From the IMG/VR virus record IMGVR_UViG_3300049015_000051, positions 1 to 38,073 of that record: a stretch of DNA of 38,073 bases, one strand, 5' to 3'. Shown here piece by piece: positions 1 through 8,428 of the stretch; the first letter of the stretch is position 1; every line of letters begins with the position of its first letter. A model generated the notes under the pieces. It had not been told where the DNA came from. It searched no databases and saw only the letters and a program-made list of their open reading frames with translations. Source of the DNA: a virus. Its lineage: Duplodnaviria; Caudoviricetes. A program made the position numbers and the translations under genes.

Positions 1-127
1 GGTATGCGCCGCAATGCGGGGACAGGACAGCCATTCTTCAGGATGAACCAGCCGCAGCTTTCGCGCCTTTGGCTAAACCTTTACAGTGAAACAAATTTCA
101 GCCAGACGTCCATCGCTTATGCCGAAG
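1..127 (+). pseudogene. 5' part of interrupted host gene, probably a large T9SS-secreted (Por secretion C-terminal domain) protein
   Basis: Frame 1 reads GMRRNAGTGQPFFRMNQPQLSRLWLNLYSETNFSQTSIAYAE. It resembles the region preceding the T9SS sorting domain in Flavobacterium proteins and joins in frame with the right flank. Read-through into the phage end stops at TAA 160-162. Confidence 0.75.
124..127 (+). repeat. Target-site duplication GAAG, left copy
   Basis: GAAG also at 37896-37899. Removing 128..37899 restores GCC GAA GGT GCT (A-E-G-A). Confidence 0.9.
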
Positions 128-151
128 TATGGGCTATAAATCAAAATGTAC
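128..151 (+). repeat. Left end (attL-like) with putative transposase site L1
   Basis: TAT-N7-AAATCAAAATGTAC aligns with the reverse complement of the right end, TAT-N7-AAAACAAAAAGTAC. A related copy TTCAAAATGTGC is at ~232-243. Confidence 0.8.
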
Positions 152-421
152 ACATTAAGTAAATCCAAAAAAGGTCGAAAAAGCCAGTAAAATAAGGCTA
201 TTCCAACAAAAGGAGCAAAAAAGGGTTGAATTTCAAAATGTGCATTTTTCTACCGTTCACTACCATTCAACTTCCGTTTCTACAAAACAAAAATACGCCT
301 TCTAAGGCATTATTACCACTATAAGTTAATAAAACCCTACAAAGTACCATTACAGGCTTAAATACAGGCTGTTTTAACTGTTTTTAACCCTGTAATACAT
401 CAAGATTAAAGTGAATTTCAG

Positions 422-445
422 AACTCCCAATATCGGGAGTTTTTT
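422..445 (+). terminator. Rho-independent terminator near left end
   Basis: AACTCCC-aatatc-GGGAGTT followed by a T-run. Confidence 0.65.
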
Positions 446-468
446 ATTTGGGAAAATTGCCCAAAAAT

Positions 469-504
469 ATTTGGGGTTACATTTGGGGTTACATTTGGGG
501 TTAC
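469..504. repeat. Three perfect tandem 12-bp repeats ATTTGGGGTTAC
   Basis: Copies at 469, 481 and 493, then a degenerate AAAGCGGGGTTT. Confidence 0.95.
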
Positions 505-712
505 AAAGCGGGGTTTAAAAAAGTGCGATTCAGAACCGTATAAGTACAAATAACAGTCCAAAATCAGCCATTTTTTACCGATTCACCCCCCTATAATTAA
601 AACGTTACTTAAAATATGGATAAAGAAAAGCCTTATATTTCAAGGTTTTAGCGGTTTAATAATGAGATCCTAACAGCAAAAGTTTGTGTGTTACATGGTG
701 GATCTGCACAAT

Positions 713-1498
713 CTATTTCTTCAATGAATGCTTTATCTGAAGGATTTCCGCTTCCAAATCATTCATCTTATCATATATGTCAGCAGGATTAGGTAATTGA
801 AACAACAAACTGCTTTTAACTTCCCAAACTTCAAGGATATCGGGCAGGCTTATAGGAAAGCTTGGATAATCTTTTCTGTTATCACTTTTGCAAAACAGAT
901 TATTGTATTTCTTAAGGCGGTTTAGAACCCTTTTTACAACTACGCCTTCATTCTGTGATACCACAACATAAACCCGATCATCTTTAATATCCCGTTGCCA
1001 GTTTTCAACCCATTCGCCAATAACAAAAGCGCCATCATGTAAGGTTGGGTACATACTGTGCCCGCCCACCTGGAACATCCTGAAAGTTCCGTTTTGCATG
1101 TTTGGTATTCGATATGATGGCAGGGAACTTATAAATTCAGGATCACCATATCCTGAAAGATAACCAGCGGCTGCACGTACCGGCACCAATACAATGTTAT
1201 CCTTTTGTTGTGAATCCACAGTTACCACACGTGGAAGTTGATCGCCCCTTTTACTGCTTACAACTTCAACTTTAACATCATTTAACAGTTGTGCAGGTGC
1301 TTCTTTACCTGTTGCAAGCCAATCAAGGGTTACATTAAACTTGGAAGAAATTGCCATCAGATGTTCTAATTTGATGCCCATTTTACCATCTTCAATCTTA
1401 CCATAATGGCTATTATCAATGCCTATATTGGCAGAAAATTCCAATTTAGACAAATTATTTTTCTCTCTTAACTGCTTCAATCTCTGATTAATAGCCAT
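713..1498 (-). CDS. Prophage repressor (XRE HTH plus S24-like peptidase domain)
   Basis: N-terminal HTH (RLKQLRE...LDWLATG); C-terminal GHSMYPTL and VVVKRV Ser/Lys motifs; divergent from the early operon. Confidence 0.9.
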   Translation of the reverse strand: MAINQRLKQLREKNNLSKLEFSANIGIDNSHYGKIEDGKMGIKLEHLMAISSKFNVTLDWLATGKEAPAQLLNDVKVEVVSSKRGDQLPRVVTVDSQQKDNIVLVPVRAAAGYLSGYGDPEFISSLPSYRIPNMQNGTFRMFQVGGHSMYPTLHDGAFVIGEWVENWQRDIKDDRVYVVVSQNEGVVVKRVLNRLKKYNNLFCKSDNRKDYPSFPISLPDILEVWEVKSSLLFQLPNPADIYDKMNDLEAEILQIKHSLKK

Positions 1499-1512
1499 AA
1501 TCTAATAAATAA

Positions 1513-1568
1513 AATGGAAATTATTTCCATTAAGGTGTTGAATTATTGGAATATTTTTCCAACATTTG
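1513..1568. promoter_or_regulatory. Genetic switch: two operator dyads TGGAA-N5-TTCCA overlapping the early promoter
   Basis: AATGGAAAttaTTTCCATT at 1513-1531 and TTGGAAtatttTTCCAA at 1546-1562. TTG(1538-40)-N20-AACATTTG(1561-68) resembles the Bacteroidetes -33/-7 promoter. Confidence 0.75.
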
Positions 1569-1594
1569 TCCTTTATAAAAGACAAATTGGAATT

Positions 1595-1810
1595 ATGGGC
1601 AAACGTACGAAAAATAATAACAACTACAATCTTGAGATCCTCAATCTATTAGCAACCAAGTATGGGTATTCTGTTGACTATATCAGGAAGTGCTTACGTG
1701 GTGATCGTACAGGCATTATGCCGGATGCTATTAAGAAAGAATACACAACATTGGAAAATGAAGCCAAGAAGGCGATTGAAGATAAAATCAAAAAATCATT
1801 AGATCAATAA
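1595..1810 (+). CDS. Ner/Cro-like small HTH regulator
   Basis: LATKYGYSVDYIRKCLRG is HTH-like; first early gene. Start moved from 1514 to ATG 1595 because the upstream part overlaps the operators. Confidence 0.7.
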   Translation: MGKRTKNNNNYNLEILNLLATKYGYSVDYIRKCLRGDRTGIMPDAIKKEYTTLENEAKKAIEDKIKKSLDQ

Positions 1811-1811
1811 T

Positions 1812-3848
1812 ATGCCACATTACTTAGGTGAAATATTGGTTGTTACAAAGGATGAACTTATTCCAAGGTTTTGGAATAACTACAATTCCCTTAAAATGGA
1901 GTTGTGGCGCTACAAGGATAAACCCTATGGCATTAAGCGTGCTATGGTGGGCGGCAATTGCAGGAAGTTGCTGATTGTCTTTGATAGCCTTTCCAAAGAT
2001 ATGCAGGAAGCCATAGGTGATCCAAGACAACCACAGCACATCCTTGAAATTTACTATAAGGTAGATTCTGAAGCGGTGGCATTTTATAATGATTTCCGTT
2101 ACCCTGATGGCAGTTACCTACTACCGCACACAATTGAAAAGAACATCATCAACGCAAGTATGCTTTCTGCCATTCAAAAACTTGAAGCGGCCCGCGAAAG
2201 CGAACGTATTGCAAAAGGTGGTTCGTTAAGAGGTATTGGCGATACATTATACAATGATGCACACACCTTTAATGCTATTCTTCTAAAAAAATATGAGGTT
2301 GAGCACAGTTTAAATAAGAGTTTAAGACGCTTTAAACAGCAATTAAATGAATTTAAAAGCGATGGTTACAGATCCTTAATCAAGGATGCTGAAGGTAATA
2401 TAAAAAAGAATGCCTTAAAAAGGGATTCTAACACAGATATGCTATTAAACAACCTTTTTGCAGGGCGTGATCATAAACCAACAGCCACAGATATTGCTAA
2501 GGAATATGAAGCTTTTTTAAATGGATATGTTGAAGTAATTAATGAAGATACGGGTGAACAATACGATCCAAAAGACTTCAAGGCATTAAGTCCATCCACT
2601 ATTAGCAACTACTTACGCACTTATGAAAGTAAAGCCGGTACATACGCCAAAAGAAGCGGAAACCGCCAACAGCTTATGCAGGCATTTGTTCCTTATGAAA
2701 GTCTTGAACAGCCAACATTTGCAGGATCGATGCTTTCAATTGATGATAGGCAGCCGCCATTTTGGTATGACAAAGGGCAAAGGATGTGGTGGTATTTGGG
2801 AATCGATTTGGCAAGTGAAGCAATTACAGCATGGGCTTATGGAAAAACTAAGGAAGAACTGATCCTTAACTTCTACAGGCAGTTAGTTCGCAATTACAAC
2901 GAATGGAATATAAATCTGCCTGATACACTTGAATGTGAAAGTTCATTGAACAGTTCTTTTAAAGATACTTTTCTAATGGATGGTGCCATGTTCCAAAACG
3001 TACAAATTCACCCCAATTCTGCGAGATCTAAAAGGATTGAACGATACTTCAGGGATTTAAGATATGGTATTGAAAAGGAACAGGAAGGATGGATTGCAAG
3101 GCCCTTTGCTTTATCTGAATCTAATCAATCAAGTTCTGAAGCCAATGCCATTGTTCCTTATGATAAACTTGTAAAGCAATGTTTTTCCAATATCATCACC
3201 TGGAATAATATGCCAAACAAGCAGAATAAGAGCATGAGCCGCTTTGAATATTTCAAAGGATGCCAGCACCCGAACCTTAAGCCCACTAATTACAAGTCGT
3301 TCATCAAATTTTTAGGTTATAAAACTCAAAGCAGTTGCAATGCGGGTATCATACAACTTCAAAAATCTGAATGGCTGCTTGGTGATGATGCTGAAATAAA
3401 GACTGGGGAAGAACTTATCAGGCTTTTAAAACATGTTGAAGGTAAAAACATTGAAATCTATTGGCTTGATGATAATCAGGGTGAAGTTTTAAAAGCGATG
3501 GTTTATGATAGTACAGGAAGATATATCTGCGAGATCCTTCCTAAACCAATAGGTGCAAGGGCACCAATTGAAGCCACGGCAAAACACAAAGATGCAAGGG
3601 AAATTATGTCAAGGTACCGCAATACAGTTACCGCTTACATGCAGATGCAGAAGAACAATATTGATAAGGTAACTGTGATCGACAATAGGAAGAAAACAAT
3701 ATCTGACAGCTTCACGATTGCAGGAATTGAAAGATTTATGCCAAGGCTTGAACCGGCACCACTTCTTGAAACCCCGCCTGATGATGAAATGGAATACGTT
3801 CCACAGCAAAGGAAGGCAACAGGTTTAGCAAACACATTTTTAACTTAA
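1812..3848 (+). CDS. MuA-like transposase (RNase H/integrase fold)
   Basis: 678 aa; SIDD...GIDLASEAITAWAY...LECE...SARSKRIERYF core; directly followed by an AAA ATPase. Confidence 0.9.
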   Translation: MPHYLGEILVVTKDELIPRFWNNYNSLKMELWRYKDKPYGIKRAMVGGNCRKLLIVFDSLSKDMQEAIGDPRQPQHILEIYYKVDSEAVAFYNDFRYPDGSYLLPHTIEKNIINASMLSAIQKLEAARESERIAKGGSLRGIGDTLYNDAHTFNAILLKKYEVEHSLNKSLRRFKQQLNEFKSDGYRSLIKDAEGNIKKNALKRDSNTDMLLNNLFAGRDHKPTATDIAKEYEAFLNGYVEVINEDTGEQYDPKDFKALSPSTISNYLRTYESKAGTYAKRSGNRQQLMQAFVPYESLEQPTFAGSMLSIDDRQPPFWYDKGQRMWWYLGIDLASEAITAWAYGKTKEELILNFYRQLVRNYNEWNINLPDTLECESSLNSSFKDTFLMDGAMFQNVQIHPNSARSKRIERYFRDLRYGIEKEQEGWIARPFALSESNQSSSEANAIVPYDKLVKQCFSNIITWNNMPNKQNKSMSRFEYFKGCQHPNLKPTNYKSFIKFLGYKTQSSCNAGIIQLQKSEWLLGDDAEIKTGEELIRLLKHVEGKNIEIYWLDDNQGEVLKAMVYDSTGRYICEILPKPIGARAPIEATAKHKDAREIMSRYRNTVTAYMQMQKNNIDKVTVIDNRKKTISDSFTIAGIERFMPRLEPAPLLETPPDDEMEYVPQQRKATGLANTFLT

Positions 3849-3859
3849 AGAATTAACCA

Positions 3860-4744
3860 ATGATCACACAAGATTTTAGAATAAAGGTACAACAGGCAAT
3901 ATTAGAACACAGGAACAACTTCCCTTCTTTCAGCGATGCAAAGTTTGCAAAGATGATCAACTTAAATGCCGCCATTTACAGCCGCCTGAAGAACGGTGAA
4001 ACGGAAAAGCTTGCAGGTGATAGCTGGTGGATCGAACAGGGCAGAAAACTAAGCGTATCGATCTATGAAAAGAATTGGAATATCGTTCGCACCAGCGTAT
4101 ATGAAGAAGTTGAACAAACAATCAACTTCTGCAAGAACTTCCAAAAGGCAACCATCTTTATTGATATCTGCGGAATCGGTAAAACATGCTGCACCAAGCA
4201 TGTGATCAGGACAATGCAAAATGCCTTTTATGTGGATTGCTCACAAGCCCCAACTAAAAGCCTTTTCATTAGGCATTTAGCGCAAATTTTAGGAGTAGAT
4301 AACACAGGCAGGCTAAGTGATGTAAAGGAAAATGTGAAGTATTACATCAATATGATGGATAGCCCCTTCATTGCCCTTGATGATGCTGGTTATTTAGATC
4401 CAAAGGTATTTGTTGAGATCATCGAACTATGGAATGCAACAGAAGGAAGGTGTGGATGGATGATCATTGGTGATGATAGCCTTCAGGCACTAATTGAAAA
4501 AGGATTGAAATCTAAAAAGGTAGGCTTTAAAGCACTTTTCAGCAGATTTTCAGATGAATTTATTCATTGCGTTCCTGTACTGAAACAGGAAAAAACCAAC
4601 TTCCTAAAACAGCTTATCGGTGATGTTGCCCATGGCAATATGCAGGATAAAACCAACATCAACAAAGTGATCAATTTATGTATAGGGAAGGAAAAAACAC
4701 TTAGGCACCTTGAAACTTTAATACAGCTTGATAAGAAGTTATGA
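3860..4744 (+). CDS. MuB-like AAA+ transposition ATPase
   Basis: N-terminal HTH, Walker A-like CGIGKT, Walker B FIALDDA, and FSRF arginine finger. Confidence 0.88.
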   Translation: MITQDFRIKVQQAILEHRNNFPSFSDAKFAKMINLNAAIYSRLKNGETEKLAGDSWWIEQGRKLSVSIYEKNWNIVRTSVYEEVEQTINFCKNFQKATIFIDICGIGKTCCTKHVIRTMQNAFYVDCSQAPTKSLFIRHLAQILGVDNTGRLSDVKENVKYYINMMDSPFIALDDAGYLDPKVFVEIIELWNATEGRCGWMIIGDDSLQALIEKGLKSKKVGFKALFSRFSDEFIHCVPVLKQEKTNFLKQLIGDVAHGNMQDKTNINKVINLCIGKEKTLRHLETLIQLDKKL

Positions 4745-5361
4745 GTAGAGCACTAACCCTTAAAAACCTTTACGATAAGAAGTTTGAAACGTATGATTTT
4801 GAAGGGGTGTATAAAGAAATATTCGGCACCCCAAGCAGATCAGGCTTATGGCTGATCTACGGTAAAGAGAAAAACGGTAAAACGTGGGCAACCCTTCTTC
4901 TTTTTAACTACTTAACAAGATTCCAAAAAGGCTTGTATGTGAGTGCAGAAGAAGGTACAGATATGGAATTTCAAGATTCCTGCAGAAGGGCAAAAATGGA
5001 TATAGCAAGCACAAATATGTTGATCACCGAATACGAACCATTGGAAGATCTATATAAGCGGCTTAAAAGGCATAAAGCCCCGCGCCTGGTTGTTATTGAT
5101 AACCTTACCATCTACAATGATGAACTGAAGGCATCAGGAATGAAGAAGCTGCTGCAGGATTTCCCCGATACACATTTTATATGTGTTGCCCATGAAGAAA
5201 GAAACAAGCCTTACACAGCAGCCGCCACCATGGCCAGCAAGCTTGCAAAGGTGATAATACGAGTACAGGGCCTGCAGATGATTGTTGGTGGGCGTGTACC
5301 GGGTGGAACACTAAACATTGATGAAAAAAAAGCACAACTGTATCATGGAACTAAAAAGTAA
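4741..5361 (+). CDS. Second P-loop ATPase (RecA/Sak4-like)
   Basis: YGKEKNGKT, LYVSAEEG and LVVIDNL motifs. Confidence 0.8.
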   Translation: MSRALTLKNLYDKKFETYDFEGVYKEIFGTPSRSGLWLIYGKEKNGKTWATLLLFNYLTRFQKGLYVSAEEGTDMEFQDSCRRAKMDIASTNMLITEYEPLEDLYKRLKRHKAPRLVVIDNLTIYNDELKASGMKKLLQDFPDTHFICVAHEERNKPYTAAATMASKLAKVIIRVQGLQMIVGGRVPGGTLNIDEKKAQLYHGTKK

Positions 5362-5365
5362 AGGT

Positions 5366-5746
5366 ATGAAAGCAATTCACGAGTACTTAGAAATTACAAA
5401 GGAACAGCACGAAAGCCAAGTATTAACGATGTTTTTGGCTTGGGCAGAAAACTACATCAGCAAAGAAACTGATTGGCAGAATATAATTGCCAATAGTGGC
5501 ATTGCAAGTTGGTTTATGAGTGAAATAACTGAACTGGAAAAGGATTTTATTGAAGAAGTGGAAGGTTATGATCATTCACGCGTGATCACAAAATTGGATT
5601 ATCAGCAGATGTACCATAACTGCATCCTTCGCATCCTTGATCTTTATCCAAAACCAAAACTTGAAGCCGCTAAAAAAGTTCCTTCCGGCATACCTGTGAT
5701 GAGATCTAACGGGGTTTTAATGTTCACCCACTTAAACAGGAACTGA
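5366..5746 (+). CDS. Hypothetical early protein
   Basis: ORF in a tightly packed operon; likely start is ATG 5366, just after the previous stop. Confidence 0.7.
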   Translation: MKAIHEYLEITKEQHESQVLTMFLAWAENYISKETDWQNIIANSGIASWFMSEITELEKDFIEEVEGYDHSRVITKLDYQQMYHNCILRILDLYPKPKLEAAKKVPSGIPVMRSNGVLMFTHLNRN

Positions 5747-5889
5747 TGAACCCACAGGAAATAAAAAGTAAGATCGAAAACCTTGATTGGTGGCTTACAA
5801 ATCATCCCAACGATCCCAATTACAGCCAAGTATTGCAGGATAAGCAGAACCTTCAAAAACAACTTAAAGAATTAGAAGAAAATGGATGA
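5746..5889 (+). CDS. Small hypothetical protein (47 aa), not in ORF track
   Basis: MNPQEIKSKIENLDWWLTNHPNDPNYSQVLQDKQNLQKQLKELEENG; TGATG-coupled to the upstream gene and fills the gap exactly. Confidence 0.7.
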   Translation: MNPQEIKSKIENLDWWLTNHPNDPNYSQVLQDKQNLQKQLKELEENG

Positions 5890-6133
5890 TCAAATTGATG
5901 AAAGGCTTTTCCAACTGCTAATGGTATTGCACTATGCCAGCGAAAAAACTGCAATGCTTAAAGTTGGTGAAAGGATATGTATAAATCAGGAACGGGCAGC
6001 CCTGATGCGATTAAAGGAAGGCACAGATACCGGGTTCATCCAGTCTGAAACGGTAATGAAGAAGATTGATAACATACTTGAACTGATGCAAAAAACAAAT
6101 TGGCAATTTAAAGAAGAAGATTATGAATACTGA
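5882..6133 (+). CDS. Hypothetical protein
   Basis: Overlaps both neighbours in the early operon. Confidence 0.65.
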   Translation: MDDQIDERLFQLLMVLHYASEKTAMLKVGERICINQERAALMRLKEGTDTGFIQSETVMKKIDNILELMQKTNWQFKEEDYEY

Positions 6134-6839
6134 TTTTGAACAGGTAGATCCTACCAATATTAATGTAAACGAACCACAAATTTTAAGCGATTTAAACACA
6201 AATATTATGAATACAGCACCCGATAAAATTGAAACAATTGAAGAATTAGAAGCACGCCTTAAAGCCCTGAAAGATGCCCAAAATGCAGAAAAGGATCGTG
6301 AACGCAAAGCCTATGAAGATTTAAGAAACGGCACGATTACCAAATTAGTAAGCAAGGCACAAAGGATCAACAGGATATTAACCGCCTTTAAAGGTGAATC
6401 CTTTTCAGATATGCAGGCTATTTGGCATCTTCTGCAAACTCACAGCGCAAGGCACAACGATGGAAAAGGCAACTTCAGGATTGAGTTTGGAGATTCCCGC
6501 ATCACTTACCGCAGGCAGGGAAAACCCACATTCGATGAACGTTCAGAACAGGCAGAAAAGCACATTATTGATTTTGTAAATAAGAAGTTTGAAAATGATC
6601 AAGATACACGTGATCTGATCATGTCATTGTTGGAACGTAAAGCCGGGGAACTTGATGTTAACCTGATTCAAAAGCTTTACCAAATGGAAAACCGCTTTGA
6701 TGATGAAAATTGGAAGCGTGGCATTGAACTTCTAAAGGAAAGCTACAAGTATAGCCATTCTAAAGACTATATCAATTTTGAACACAGGGATGATAAAGGG
6801 GAATGGAAATCAATTGTGCTTCATTTTGCCAACGTGTAA
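6123..6839 (+). CDS. DUF3164-like protein of Mu-like phages
   Basis: Coiled-coil N-terminus, FDER and WKRGIELLKES...YINFEHRDDKGEWKSIVL C-terminus typical of the family. Confidence 0.75.
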   Translation: MNTDFEQVDPTNINVNEPQILSDLNTNIMNTAPDKIETIEELEARLKALKDAQNAEKDRERKAYEDLRNGTITKLVSKAQRINRILTAFKGESFSDMQAIWHLLQTHSARHNDGKGNFRIEFGDSRITYRRQGKPTFDERSEQAEKHIIDFVNKKFENDQDTRDLIMSLLERKAGELDVNLIQKLYQMENRFDDENWKRGIELLKESYKYSHSKDYINFEHRDDKGEWKSIVLHFANV

Positions 6840-6841
6840 TT

Positions 6842-7315
6842 ATGGATAAAAAAATATTAGATGCCTGTTGTGGCAGCCGAATGTTTTGGTTCGATAAAAA
6901 CAATCCTAATGTTCATTTTCAAGATATCAGGAAGGAAGATCATATCCTTTGCGATGGCAGAACCTTGGAAGTAAACCCTGATATAGTGGCTGATTTTAGG
7001 GATATGCCTTATGATGATAACACATTTAAGCTTGTGGTGTTTGATCCACCACATCTTAAATGGCTTGGGCAGGATTCGTGGATGGCTAAAAAATATGGTG
7101 TTCTTCTTCCAAGTTGGGAACTGGATATAAAGCAGGGAGTTAGTGAATGTATGCGAGTTTTAGAACCAAACGGGATTTTGATATTCAAATGGAATGAAAT
7201 TCAGATCAAGTTAAATGATGTACTTAAAAATATTGATTATAAACCCCTATTCGGGCATACATCCGGAAGGCATGGCAAAACAATATGGCTGTGCTTTATG
7301 AAGGGAATAAGTTAA
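6842..7315 (+). CDS. Small SAM-dependent (amino-type) methyltransferase
   Basis: ILDACCGSRMF motif I, VVFDPPH motif IV and RVLEPNG; start taken at ATG 6842. Confidence 0.85.
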   Translation: MDKKILDACCGSRMFWFDKNNPNVHFQDIRKEDHILCDGRTLEVNPDIVADFRDMPYDDNTFKLVVFDPPHLKWLGQDSWMAKKYGVLLPSWELDIKQGVSECMRVLEPNGILIFKWNEIQIKLNDVLKNIDYKPLFGHTSGRHGKTIWLCFMKGIS

Positions 7316-7320
7316 AAGTT

Positions 7321-7740
7321 ATGATTATAGCAGCAACCGCAAATCAAAAACGTGATATCCACATGAATGTTCCAAAGGATATCAAGGAAGAAGTGATCCA
7401 ATGGGCAACCAATGACAATGCAAAAATCAGCTGTAATGATCTTTCATTTGATCAGGCTAATGAAGTGCTTTCAAGGTTCGGCCGCAAGCCACACAAGCTT
7501 AATTTTTGGGCAAAATTCGATAAGAAAAATGAACGCCATAAGTACATCCTAAGCCTTTGCATCCAATATGGCTGGTGGAAGAAATCAGGGAAGTATAACC
7601 GCATTGCAGATCTTGACAAATTAAACGCGTGGATGCACTCGGATCGCAACCCTGTAAAGAAAGCCCTTGAAGATATGGAAAGTAAAGAATTATCAAAATT
7701 CATCATTGCCCTTGAAGGCATGACTAAATCAAAGAAGTAG
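7321..7740 (+). CDS. GemA/gp16-like regulatory protein
   Basis: SCNDLSFDQANEVL and ELSKFIIALEGM resemble the GemA pattern; semi-essential region position. Confidence 0.55.
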   Translation: MIIAATANQKRDIHMNVPKDIKEEVIQWATNDNAKISCNDLSFDQANEVLSRFGRKPHKLNFWAKFDKKNERHKYILSLCIQYGWWKKSGKYNRIADLDKLNAWMHSDRNPVKKALEDMESKELSKFIIALEGMTKSKK

Positions 7741-7741
7741 T

Positions 7742-7954
7742 ATGGATTGGATCTTATTATTAATTGTGCTGCTTACAGGTGCTGGTTGTTTTTTCGCAGG
7801 ATTGTTTTTGGGTAGGGTAATGGAAAGAAATAAGCCCGAACCGGATGAAGTTGATAAACTCGGATTACCGCCATGCAGGTGCCGTGATGTTAATCAATGT
7901 AATACCTGGTGTAATGCCAAAGAACGCTTTAAAAGAAACCCGCCAAATGATTAA
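7742..7954 (+). CDS. Small membrane-anchored Cys-rich protein
   Basis: N-terminal hydrophobic helix, then CRC...C...C. Confidence 0.6.
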   Translation: MDWILLLIVLLTGAGCFFAGLFLGRVMERNKPEPDEVDKLGLPPCRCRDVNQCNTWCNAKERFKRNPPND

Positions 7955-8081
7955 TTGTGGCCACCCCAAAGATAAGAGGTACACTAAAGTATTAGAAAGT
8001 ACCACTACCTGTGAAAAAACTGTTACCGCATGCTTAAACTGCGGTGCTTGGCTTGACGAACCTAAAAACGATTGTAGATGA
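7947..8081 (+). CDS. Small putative Zn-ribbon protein
   Basis: MINCGHPK...C...CLNCG; start chosen at ATG 7947, overlapping the previous stop. Confidence 0.55.
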   Translation: MINCGHPKDKRYTKVLESTTTCEKTVTACLNCGAWLDEPKNDCR

Positions 8082-8428
8082 TTATAGAATTAAAAGTAAA
8101 TGCTGATCAGCTTCAATACCTATCAGCAATTTTTGAAGATCTGATTGAATCAGCAACTTCCAAAATGCTTCAACCAACCACGCCAAAGGCTAATAAAGTT
8201 GTTACAAGCATCTGTATTGATGTTGCTGAAAATATAACATCAAAATATAATAAAATCAGCAAGAAGCAAACCCTTTTTGATACTAAGAAGAAGTACAAGC
8301 TTTCCCTGAAGTACCATGAAGCACATGCCGTGAATATCCTTGTAGCAGGCAAAATACATTCTGAATCTGATCCATATAGGAAAAGTATGGCTGTACAGAT
8401 CAGCAACACAATAGACAGGAAATTATGA
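8078..8428 (+). CDS. Hypothetical protein
   Basis: ATGA overlaps with both neighbours. Confidence 0.7.
   Translation: MIIELKVNADQLQYLSAIFEDLIESATSKMLQPTTPKANKVVTSICIDVAENITSKYNKISKKQTLFDTKKKYKLSLKYHEAHAVNILVAGKIHSESDPYRKSMAVQISNTIDRKL

Noticed and set aside
134-139. CTATAA (134-139) / TTATAG (37891-37896) as the terminal inverted repeat
   Set aside because: These boundaries give no target duplication and misalign the CAAAAWGTAC motifs, whereas 128/37895 give both.
469-504. CRISPR array
   Set aside because: The repeats are 12 bp, contiguous, have no spacers, and there are no cas genes.
1514-1594. 5' extension of the Ner-like ORF
   Set aside because: It overlaps the operators and the predicted promoter; ATG 1595 is more plausible.
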